From contig NC_043014.1 in NCBI RefSeq assembly GCF_006345805.1, positions 31,558,001 to 31,622,000 of the forward strand: a stretch of DNA of 64,000 nucleotides, read 5' to 3'. Below, piece by piece: positions 13,041 through 23,650 of this stretch (the stretch's first letter is position 1; each line of letters begins with the position of its first letter). Source of the DNA: Octopus sinensis (Eukaryota). The notes under the pieces were generated by a model, which was not told the DNA's origin, did no database searches, and saw nothing but the letters and a program-made list of their open reading frames with translations. The translations under genes and the position numbers were made by a program.

Positions 13041-14399
13041 AACTATACTGCTCTCTATTTACTTATTACTAGTTCCTACTGTTGCTGTTGTTATGTATAT
13101 ATTTGCTCAGTGCCTCAATATATTCACAACACTTTTCTGTTCAATGACATCAACGATAATATAGACAAAAGTGTGTGTGTGTATACATGCTTACAGTCGA
13201 GTACTAACGTTGTGTGTAATATATACACATACGAATGCAAATACAAAACTATGTGCAAATACATGTAGTACAAACACACGTGTGCAAGCGTACACGAACG
13301 TATACCAACCAATACAACCGCAGAGATACGTGTATGGGCATGCACGGGCATATTTCTCTAAATAGTGATGTGGTGTCCACATTCGTGTGTGAGAATACGT
13401 TTTTCTAAGAAAGTGCATCAGTCTGCTTACAATATGAGTGTGCACGTCTACGTGTATGTGTGTATGTATGTGTGCACGTGGCTGTTTGAATGACCGTGTA
13501 CTGATATGCATGTGTATATGCACGAATGTGCTTATGTCGATGCGTGTGCACCTATATGTGTGTGAGTGTGTGCGTGTGCACCTATATGTGTGTGTGTGTG
13601 TGTGTGAGAAAATGCAGTTTATGCAGGCAAATGTAGAAAATGTTTGTGAAAATAAATAAGTTCAAAGCCCAAAACTTAATATATAATTGAATGAATTATA
13701 CTATCAAAGAAACTCGATATCTGCTTGTGTATGGAGCAAATATTATTACGCATTGATTAATGCCTTTGATGTTTTCGTTTCGACAGGCAAACCGGACCGA
13801 ACAGCTACAGCAGAAAACACACGTACACACATACATACACACACACACACTTACACGCTGCCATCATCACTTGTCTACATACGCAATCTCTCCCTCCCCC
13901 TCTCTCTCTCTCTATCTCTCTCACTCGCACACACACAGGCTTTGAATCCAGTAGAAGACCACATCTATATGTGTGCGCGCGCGAGTATGTATTTTGCGCG
14001 CATGGATGTGTGTGTATGTGTGTATGTCTGTGTGTGTGTGCAAGAGAGGGCTGCCTTGTATAAAAAGTGAATAAGAAATGGCTTTGGGTTAAACAAATTA
14101 AATTCCTATGTCAAAACTGTTGCTTTAATTGACTAAAAGGAGAGAGAGAGAGAAAGAAAGAGAAGGATGAGGAGAAAAAGATAAAATGATAGACATGAGT
14201 ATATGAATCTCATATATTTCTCTCAGAGAGAGAGAGAGAGAGAGAGATTGGAGCAGGAGGGAGGTGCAAAAATAGACAGGTATCAAAAGTAGAAACACTG
14301 AGAGAGTGGAGGGAGAGAGGCAGAGGGGGGGAGGGTTATAAAATCAGGATGCAAATTTAGAGGGAGGGTGGGAGTAGTGAGAGTAAAAGCAAAGAGACA

Positions 14400-14830
14400 T
14401 CACATTTTAATGTGAATAGAGAGGAGGAAGGGTGAAAGTAATAAGTAACTAGAGAGAGAGAGAGAGTGTGTAATAGAATAGTGAGACAAAAGTAGTAGGA
14501 ATAGGAGAAAGAAGGTAAGAGGAAAAGAAAGTTTGAATGAGTGAGACAGTAAAGAGAAGAGGGAGAGTAGTGTAGGAGAGAGAGAGAGAGAGAAGGAAGT
14601 ACCGAGTGAGCGAGAGAGGAGCAAGTACAATGAGCAGTGAGAGAAAGATAGAAGATGGTGAGAGAGTGTAAGAGTAAAGGTTACATACGTAGTAAGAGAA
14701 TGAAGAGTGAACAAAATGCATGAAGAGAGAATGCGAAAAGAATAGAAGACAGCAAGAGAGAGGGGGAAAGAAAGAGCGAGAGAGAGGGGTGAGGGAGGAG
14801 AATGGAATGTGTACAGGACCAAATTCACAA
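14400..14830. repeat. Purine-rich low-complexity tract
   Basis: The + strand is overwhelmingly A/G over about 430 bp. Confidence 0.8.
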
Positions 14831-15269
14831 ATGCATTTCTATAAGATTAGAAAAGGATAATGTATCAATGTTGCATAAAAATAAGTAAGCAGCTCGGCTG
14901 AATTAATAATCTAATAGCTGTGACTGGGCTCTTTCAGTCAGTCACACAGACTAAATCTGATACGGAAAAATTAATTTCTTGAAAGACTGTCAAATATTAT
15001 TGATGGCAGCAGATACAACTAGAACCTGAAGAGAGAGCAGAATGGTGTGTGTGTGTGTGTGTGTTGGGGGAGGGGCTTATACTTGTGCTGGTTACAGTCA
15101 TTGGATTGCAGCCACTTTGGTGCCACTGCCTTCAAGGTTTGGTCAATCATATTGACCCAGTACTTATTATGTCAGGTCATTGGAAGTATGTAATCCGGTA
15201 CTACCTGTTATACTGTTGGGTCATCAACAGAAGCTAAACAAGCAGAAGCAGGGGCAGCAGTAGCAGCAC

Positions 15270-15756
15270 CCTTGCCTAACCTAATGAAAATGGTTGCTAT
15301 AGAAATACAACAGGTCAAAAGGATATCTGGCTGAAACAAATTAGGGTTAAGGGCTATCTTTATCTAGCAAATATTACATGGGGGATACAGAGATATTTGA
15401 GATGGTGAATAAGCATGATGTAAGACCAATGTGCATGATGGGTGAACTTGTGCATTTCTGTAGCATTTGAAGGAGACAACTTCTCAAAGTTACCCACAGT
15501 AAAAACATTGAACCAGCAGCTGTAGCCTTGCCTAACCTAATGAAAACGGTTGCCATAGAAACACAACAGGATAAAAACATGACCTGTCAAAAGGATAGCT
15601 AGCTGGCTGAACCAGAAAAGAGCCAAAAGCAATCTCTATCTAGCAAACAGTAAGTACATGGGGGACAGAGAGATATTTGAGATGATGAATAAGCATTCTG
15701 TAAGACCAAAGTGCATGGTGGGTTAATTTGTGCATTTTGGTTTGAAGGAGGCAAAT
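15270..15756. repeat. Diverged tandem duplication (15270-15480 and 15526-15756)
   Basis: Both copies begin CCTTGCCTAACCTAATGAAAA and end TTTGAAGGAG; the offset at the start is 256 bp. Confidence 0.8.
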
Positions 15757-15859
15757 TGTCAAACAGAAAGTTCTCCTCAGAAGAAAACATGTCGGATCAA
15801 GCCAAAATGCTTTTTTTATCTGCAACCATTTGTAATACTCAGATCAAGTTGGGCAGTGT

Positions 15860-16290
15860 GGTGTTATACAAGCCATGTCATCCTTTTATTATAGATGGTC
15901 AAGAAGTTAACTTCTCAACCACATGGTTTTGGGTTCAGTCCCACTGTGTGACAATCTTGGGGAAGTATCTTCTACAATACCCTCAGGCTAGTCAAAATCT
16001 TCTGCTAGATGAAAACTGAAAGGAGCCCATCATGTATGTGTGTATTTGTGTTTCTTTGTCTTCACATCATGTGATAGTTGTAAATGAATGTCACTCCCAT
16101 GTAAGCAGTGTCATTCATTTCAAATACACTGAGGAAATATATCTGGCCATGGGGGGAAATATTGCCTTACTTGGAAACTGACATGGGTTGGCAACAGGAA
16201 GGGCATCCAGCTGTAAAGAACATGTCTCAATAAAATCTGTCCAACCCATGCAAGCATGGAAAAGTAGACGTTAAAATGATAATGATCTTA
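15860..16290 (+). mobile_element. SINE family B (family-A head plus RTE-derived tail)
   Basis: Head GGGTTCAGTCCCACTG..GGGAAGTATCTTCT; tail AACCCATGCAAGCATGGAAAAGTAGACGTTAAAATGATAATGAT. Confidence 0.7.
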
Positions 16291-16321
16291 GTTTTACCCA
16301 TTCATAGATATTGCTTGCTAA

Positions 16322-16685
16322 CATAGGTATTACTGAGTAGCTTGCTTCCCAACCACATGGTCCCAGGTTCAGTCCCACTACATAGCACCTTGGGCAAGTG
16401 TCTTCTATAGTCTTGAGCTGACCAAAGCCTTGTCAGTGGATTTAGCAGACAGAAACTGAAAGTGTGTGTGTGTATATATCATTTGCGTGTTTGCCCCCCC
16501 CCCACACTTGACAACCAATGTTGGTGTGTTTACGTCCAGCAACATAATGTTTCAGTAAAGGAGGCCGATAGAATAAAAACTAGGCATACAAAGAATAAGT
16601 CCTGGGATTGATTTGTTCGACTAAAACCCCTTAAGGTGGTGCTTCAGTATGGCTGCAGTCAAGGACTGAAACAAGTAAAAGAATA
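16322..16685 (+). mobile_element. SINE family A
   Basis: Head, (TG)n/(TA)n spacer and family A tail all present. Confidence 0.75.
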
Positions 16686-18239
16686 TGGTCCTAAATACAC
16701 TACATTGACGAAAAAAAATGACCTTTCAATCAGAAGTGACTGAACAGAGCTAAGATTACTGAAACATGCAATAATAATTGATCAGCCGATACCTGTCACT
16801 TCGCTGCTGGGTAATGACCTCGTTAAGCTGAAATAAACCCTTCAGCAGAAGCCAACTACAATGATCATGTTGATATGCTTAACAACAACCTGTTTTACTT
16901 TTTTGAAATAAATTTTAATTCTACCTTTCACATACACACACACTCTCTCTCTCTCAGCAACAACAACAACCTGTCATAATAGTGGAAGTCTTTTTTTAAA
17001 GTCTGTGTTGTTTTTGTCTATATTTGAAAGACATACAGAAAAACACACACACATATACAACCAACCCCCAAAATAACTACATATATATATATATATATAG
17101 TTATTTTACTGAAGTCTGTTGCAATGTGTTGACAAACTTGCACTTAAAATTCCCATGCTTTTAATCAAAACTTGTTAGTAACTATGGTGACAACACTACC
17201 TACCTAGCTCTCTTTCATACACACTCTCTCCATCTCTCACTATATTTCTCTCTCAACAACAACTTTTCCTCCTCCCCTTCTTCACTCCCTCTATATAGAT
17301 GCTGTGATGGAGAGAGAGATTTTGTAATACGAGATTATTACCTCTGGGAGCGTCAAGCTAATACATTCACTGTGTATGTCCTTTTGACTTTTGTCGTTTC
17401 TGTTTTTGATTTCATTTTTGAATTTCCTATTTACATAAACATATACATAAGTATATATATAAGCATATACACAAGTATATCTGTACACTGAAAAATACAA
17501 ACACAAATCCATACATAATTCACATACTGTGTACACACACACACATACACACACATGTATAGAGTTTCAAATGGTGTAGATCAAAATTGTATTAGCACAG
17601 CATATCATCAATCAAAAGTTAAACAAGAGAACCTGATATCTCACAAGTTATTAACATGCACAAAAAAGAAAGTATTGCACAAGTCAGTTACATGAGAGAA
17701 TATAACATAAGTTATTGCAAATTTATGAAAAGGGTTAAAAAATTAGGACCAACGTCAACAAGCTAAATAACTGTGAAGATTAGATATATACAAGATATCC
17801 AATTTTACTAAATATTACACAGTTCTTCAACTGTTATGGCTGCAAAGTTGAGAAGTTCTCTCATAGAATACATGCTTCCTGGTGAATACATACACACACA
17901 CTTGGGTATATATACACACACACACACACACAAATATACAGAAATATGTGCATACATAAATATTTAGATAGATGTTGTATATGCATATGTATGTAAATTT
18001 GCAAATACACACATACTTGTATGTATATTCGTGTAAACATTAATACAAACATACATCCATGCATATTCATGTATATATATATACATGTAATATGCTTCAA
18101 ATGGTGTAGATCAAAACTGCATTAACCAGAGCAATGAAAATATCTATCGATTCAAATATATATGTTTATTTATGTACACATGCATACATATCCACACACT
18201 CATAGACATACATATGCACACATTCATATATATATAGAA

Positions 18240-18650
18240 ATAGGTTCAGGTGTGGCTGTGTAGTAATTTGCTTCCCAACTACATGGTTCTTGGTTCAGTC
18301 CCACTGCATGGCACTTTGGGCAAGTGTCTTCTACTATGGACCAAGGACAACCAAAGCCTTGAGTGGATTTGGTAACTGGAGACTGAAAGAAACCCTTCAT
18401 AAATATGGGAGAGAGAGAGAGAGAGAGTGTGTGTGTGTGTGTGTGTTACTATCTCCTTGCCTTTGTGTGATAGTTGTAAATGAGTATCATATAGGTAGTG
18501 TCTTTCATTCCCAATAGTCTATGGAAATATTACCTTACATGAAACAGGTGAAGGTTGACAACAGGAAGGGCATCTGTCCATAAAATAATCCACCTCAGCA
18601 AATTCTATCTAACTCAATGAGCATGGAAAAGTGGACATTAAAATGATGAT
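18240..18650 (+). mobile_element. SINE family B
   Basis: Same head plus RTE-type tail architecture as 15860-16290. Confidence 0.7.
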
Positions 18651-18799
18651 ACACATATATACACATACACAAATTGGTGATATGCAGTCCTCGAGAAGAC
18701 TCACTCATGTCAATGAAACTAAGGTTCTGGAAGCATACATGTGCTTATATGCAACAGAGCTCCTAGTCTAATTTCCTTATCAAGCTTTCTGTATCATCC

Positions 18800-19390
18800 C
18801 TCCATCACTTGCCTTCTATCATTAATAAATGAGAGCAGAACTGCCTGTTTTATCTTTCCTGTGATACCAGCTATCTTTCTTATATTACTAGGAACGACTT
18901 CACTTGACATCCATCCTTGATACTTGACATTATGCTTCTCCACTCTTACTTTGCATTGATCACCCTTCTTTGCTACCAAATTATCTCTCTCCCTCCACCA
19001 CTATACATCTCCCCATGCATTATGTCTGTCACTACTCATGTAACCTACCCACTTACTTGTTATCTCCCTTTCATCCATCCCATTTACTGTATCATTACTA
19101 TTTTGTAGCTCATCTCTTCTGCCTGGTCAGTCATCACCAACTCTCAGCTACCTTCCTTCTAATCATATCAATTCCTAACCACCCTTCAATATTTGTTCAT
19201 TCATTCTCCTCATATACTCTTGCAGTATTTATACATCCACCTGTTCTGTTCACTTCCTCCAGTCCTGATACTTCATCACCACTATTTTTACCTCTTTCCA
19301 GCTCCATCCACTCTGGTATAATGAAAATTGTCAAGTAGCTCCTCTACATAGGAAACCTGTTCCAACCCCTTCTTTCATACTTTAACCTAG
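18800..19390 (+). repeat. CT-rich interspersed repeat family E
   Basis: Ends CCTGATAC..TAGCTCCTCT..AACCTG..CTTTCATACTT, as at 61700-61850. Confidence 0.4.
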
Positions 19391-19405
19391 CCTAAAACCA
19401 CATCT

Positions 19406-19717
19406 CGTGGAGGCACAATGGCCCAGTAGTTAGGGCAGTGGACTCGCGGTCAGAGGATCACGGTTTCGATTCCCAGACAGGGCATTGTGTGTGTTAATTG
19501 AGCGAAAACACCTAAAACTCCACCAGGCTCTGGCAGGGAGTGGTGCCGACCCCTTTTGTACTCTTTTGCCCCCAACTTTCTCTCACTCTTTCTTTCTGCT
19601 TTTTGAGCAATGATGGACTGGCATCCTGTTCAGCTGGGGGGAACACATACGCCATAGAAACTGGGAAACCGGGCCCATGAGCCTGGCTAGGCTTGAAAAG
19701 GGCACATAAAAAAAAAA
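19406..19717 (+). mobile_element. tRNA-derived SINE family C1 with A-tail
   Basis: A box TGGCCCAGTAG, B box GGTTTCGATTCCC, poly(A) end. The 3' part GATGGACTGGCATCCTG..GCCATAGAAACTGGGAAAC recalls Deu/Nin-type domains (from memory, unverified). Confidence 0.85.
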
Positions 19718-20199
19718 CTACTTCCCACTCAACTGTAGCCTTACTCAGCCAAAAAGATCTTAGCCTTGTGTGCTCAGTTGTATTGATGCTATGAAAAAAG
19801 TACTCACTACACTCTGTAAAGTGGCTGGTACTAGGAAGAGCATCCAGTTGCAGAAATCATGCCAAAGTAGACAATGGAGCACAATGCAGTCATCAGTTTC
19901 ATTGACCCTTGCTAACATTTAGCAAGGACATTAAATGATAACAGACACACATACACACATTATCACCATCGTCATCATTTAACATCCATGTTGGCATGGG
20001 CTGGTTGGTTCAACAGGTTCTGACATACTAGAGTACATCAGTTATTGATCACTGATATCCCAATTTAGCATGTCCTTTGCAGCTGGATGCCCTTCCTAAA
20101 ACCAACCATTTTCAAGGTTGCACCAGGACAACCCCTCTGTACAGTGGGGGCACAGTACTGAGTGGTTTTGTGCTAGGTATTGAGAGGCTTCAGTATGAC

Positions 20200-20830
20200 A
20201 GAGGGACAGGAACGAGTATCTTGCCATAAAGGCAATATATAGCTGCACCAGCAGGAAGGGGAGAAAGGGTGCTGGAGATGAGGTATCAAGGGGAATCCTA
20301 AAGGTACATAAAGTAGATTAAGGGAGTGAACATGGACAGAGAATCGAGAATGGCTGGCTGAGTTTGTGAGAGTGTGAAAGGTAAGTGACAGCCGGTTAGA
20401 GATGGGGACAAAGGTAGATGCAGTGAATGGTGAACACAAGTAGAGGCATACTCAATGATGAATTTCAGTTTGGAGGAAGGTAAAGAGGGAATGGGAGGGG
20501 GACAAGGAGGAGATGATAAGTGGCAATTCATAAAAGAGGTGCTGGAGGGCATCAGTGTAACAAAACAGTAGACAGATGATGTGAAGTGTGGGGGTGAGAG
20601 AGAGGGATACAAAGTGAGTGAGAGAGGTCAGATGTACAAAGGGATAGAGTGTGTGACAAAGGTTGTGTGTAGCCACTGATGGTAGGTATAAGAGAATGTT
20701 CTGGTGAAAAGAGTGTTCAGTGGAAAATAAAGTGGTAAGGGATGACATTGAGAATGTGGGTTGAGTGGCAAGGGAAGTGGTTCCAAGGAGAGGGATAAAT
20801 GAGAGCATGAAAGGGGATTGAGAGGAAAGC
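20200..20830 (-). repeat. CT-rich interspersed repeat family E
   Basis: Purine-skewed on +; the rc end CTGTCATACTGAA matches the family end. Confidence 0.35.
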
Positions 20831-20844
20831 AATGCATATATATA

Positions 20845-21010
20845 TATATGGTAGCGTTAGGAAGAGCATCCAGCTGTAGAAATACTGCCAGATCAGACTG
20901 GAGCCTGGTGCAGCCTCCTGGCTTCGCAGACCCTGGTAAAACTGTTCAACCCATGCTAGCATGGAAAATGGACGTTAAACGATGATGATGATGATGATGA
21001 TGATGATGAT
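20845..21010 (+). mobile_element. RTE LINE 3'UTR with (GAT)n tail
   Basis: TTAGGAAGAGCATCCAGCTGTAG..AACCCATGCTAGCATGGAAAATGGACGTTAAACGATGATGAT. Confidence 0.8.
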
Positions 21011-21066
21011 ATATATATATATAAATAAATGAAAGAATGGAGTCGAACGAAGATGTTAACAAAATT

Positions 21067-21159
21067 CCTTTACTCTCAACATATGTTTCGAAGACAACAT
21101 GGTTTCATTCCAAAGGAATAAAGGTTGCATTATGCAATCTTCTCATCAGGAAAGAAAGG
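21067..21159 (-). ncRNA. Mirror-image hammerhead ribozyme with GUU instead of GUC
   Basis: Reverse complement of 21251-21343 except at the cleavage nucleotide (21078). Confidence 0.65.
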
Positions 21160-21250
21160 GAGCCTCTCTTGACAACAAGACAAACATCGTTTTGTTTACC
21201 ATGTAGGCAGTCATCGAAATTTTTGCTTGTCTTGTTGTCGAGAGAGGCTC

Positions 21251-21343
21251 CCTTTCTTTCCTGATGAGAAGATTGCATAATGCAACCTTTATTCCTTTGG
21301 AATGAAACCATGTTGTCTTCGAAACATATGTCGAGAGTAAAGG
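21251..21343 (+). ncRNA. Predicted type-I hammerhead ribozyme (Penelope-terminal type), GUC cleavage after 21332
   Basis: CTGATGA 21261-67; stem II GAAGA 21268-72/TCTTC 21316-20; GAAA 21321-24; palindromic stem III CATATG; GTC 21330-32; stem I CCTTTCTTTC 21251-60 pairs with GAGAG(T)AAAGG 21333-43 (10 bp, one G-U, one bulge). Confidence 0.75.
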
Positions 21344-21666
21344 AATTTTGTTAACATCTTCGTTCGACTCCATTCTTTCATTTATTCATATACAACACAC
21401 AAATTTCTGCACATGAACCCGGAGTTTCTACCCTTGGACAGGTCGCTTCAACCGTGTTTCTGACGTGAATTTGCTACCCTGGTTTCGGTTCAACGAATTT
21501 TCCATGCTGACGATAAACATAGGATAATTCATTCACCTATTTATATATATATATATAAAATTGAAATAATGAGGGTGATAAATTGAATATTAATTTAATT
21601 AACATCAATTAAAAACCAGTGGCCTAGCATATAGAAAAATCTGAAAATTCAGAAAAATTGTATTAC

Positions 21667-21934
21667 ATGCATATAAGAATGGATGACCACTAAGTGGACA
21701 TCCAATATGCTAGAAATAGATCACCTATGATCTAACCACAAAGGATAAGAATGTTCTCCAGAAAAATTCAGCAAACACCAGAACATAAGCGGGTATATTT
21801 TCATCTGTCTTACCCGCTTATGTTCTGGTGTTTTCTGAATTTTTCTGGAGAACATTCTTTTCCTTTGTGGTTAGATTGCAGGTGATCTATTTCTAGCATA
21901 TTGGATGTCCACTTTATGGTCGTCCCTTTTTACA

Positions 21935-21939
<5 letters not shown>
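21667..21939. repeat. Second palindrome: arms ~21667-21795 and 21811-21939, 15-bp spacer
   Basis: GTGGACATCCAATATGCTAGAAATAGATCACC..GAACATAAGCGGGTA is mirrored by TACCCGCTTATGTTC..GGATGTCCAC. Confidence 0.9.
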
Positions 21940-21976
<37 letters not shown>

Positions 21977-21992
21977 CACAAACACACACACA

Positions 21993-23117
21993 CTACAATG
22001 AAAAATGCAAGCACAGAATGCTAGAATATTCTTGAGTATTGAACTTGGAAAAGTACAGGACAAGCAGTAAAAGTACAGCTCAAGAAGAAAAAGAACTTAA
22101 AATATTTGCAAAATAAGTTTCTGAAATTGTCCAACAAATAGTGAGAGCACTTTTTGTTTTTTATATATTTTTGTATTTTATTGCAAAATTTTTCAAATTT
22201 ATGTTAATATTTTTTATTTGAAAATTGCTTCATATTAAGCTAAAACATTTCTGTCTTATTTTTAGCATTATGTCGTTTAAATTTTTTTATTTTCCTTAAA
22301 AAACTCATTCTCCAAATATTTTAAATCACAAATATTGTGTTAAAATTGAACACATGTAGAATATATGTAATTAAAAAAAAAAGAAAATTTTTTTAAAGAA
22401 ACAAAAGAATTTCTTTAAAGTTTGCATTATCAGATAACAAAGTATTTTCTATTTACAGTTAGAAAAATATTTTTAAAAAATGAAAGCTAATGAACAAATT
22501 GAGTGCAAAATGCAGAAATGACTCCCTAGCTTTTTTTAAAAAAAAAATTAGATATGATAATACATTGTCAATTTTAGCTTAAATTGCTATTATGTGATTT
22601 TTTAAATATATAAAGCACTAAATTTGTAATATTAAATTTTTAATGTGTAAACTCGCAGGCAATTAGTCTTTTCATTAAAATTGAAAATAAATAGCTTCTC
22701 GGGTATTTTAATTTAAAATTTTATGTAAAAATATAAAATATAAAAAGGTATTTATTGCTATTTTAGTTTTTAAATTCTAACTTCAGCAGCAAAATTTTAA
22801 GTTTTTCCTTCTTGTTTGTTGTCTTGTACTTTTTGGGGCATAATTACTGCTTGTCCTGTACTTTTCCAGGTTCAATACTTCAGAATATTCTAGCATCCTA
22901 CACCTTCATTTTTCATTCTAGTCCACATTTTTTCAAGGTAACAGTTCAATTATTATAATTATTTATATTTACTTCAATATTTTTCATTCTAGTAATACTA
23001 AAAATAAGACAGAAATGTTTTAGCTTAATAGAAAGAAATTCAAAAATCAAAAATATTAAATTAAAAAGAATTGCAATTAAAATAAGAAATATAAAAAAAG
23101 GAGTGCACGCATTATTT
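21993..23117. repeat. Two interleaved inverted-repeat pairs (A 21993-22108 / A' 22789-22921; B 22135-22270 / B' 22993-23117)
   Basis: A core 22019-22070 vs 22844-22895 matches 49/52; B core 22234-22270 vs 22993-23029 matches 36/37. Confidence 0.85.
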
Positions 23118-23650
23118 GATGAACAACTCCAGAACTGTATTTGGATCCAAATTTTCCCAAATACCTTCAGCTTCATTTTTCTTGTTTGGTAGCTAGTCTC
23201 ATATCTGGTGAATATCATACTGTTTTTCTCCAATATACTGACAGTCAACATTTGCCTGCCATATTGAAAGCAATAAAGGATTGTAATCATTGATAAATTT
23301 TTCAGATGATTTTCTTTGAAGTCGATAGAGCTTTTTTTAACACCTTTTCCATTTCTTCTTAATTTAACACTTTCATCTACAGTGAAGAAATCAAATCTTC
23401 CTTCAGCCTTAGGAAAGCCAAATCAACATTTTTTTGACCACTCTTTTTTTCCTTTCCATAAATTCTCCAGCAAGTTTTGCTGCATGAATGCACTTGAAAA
23501 TAACTGACCAATCTGTAAAGAGTGGGGCTAGATACTGGACATGGCAAGTCACAAGTAATATATTGTTCTATAAATTATTGAATTTTTCTGTTTCATCATC
23601 ATCGCATGATCCACCAAAATTTTCATATCAACAAGGAGCCCCTCTTTGTT
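23110..23650 (-). pseudogene. Helitron/Helentron Rep (rolling-circle initiator) fragment
   Basis: Frameshifted minus-strand translation: ITCDLPCP..LVSYFQVHSCSKTCW..KC*FGFP..RKSSEKFINDYNPLLLSIWQANVDCQYI, the HxCxxxC / CRFGFP / INxYNPxLLxxWxANxDxQ motifs of Helitron Rep. Confidence 0.8.

Larger units (their letters stand above)
21024..21386. repeat. Near-perfect palindrome: arms 21024-21183 and 21227-21386, 43-bp spacer
   Basis: Base-by-base comparison gives 158/160 identity, with mismatches at 21078/21332 and 21170/21240, both CpG-type. Confidence 0.97.

Noticed and set aside
19406-19480. Possible tRNA genes here and at 38406-38480
   Set aside because: A and B boxes are present, but they run into SINE bodies and tails without a closed acceptor stem.
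21037-21373. Twin ORFs starting MESNEDVNKIPLL on opposite strands
   Set aside because: They are an automatic consequence of the palindrome; there is no coding signature.
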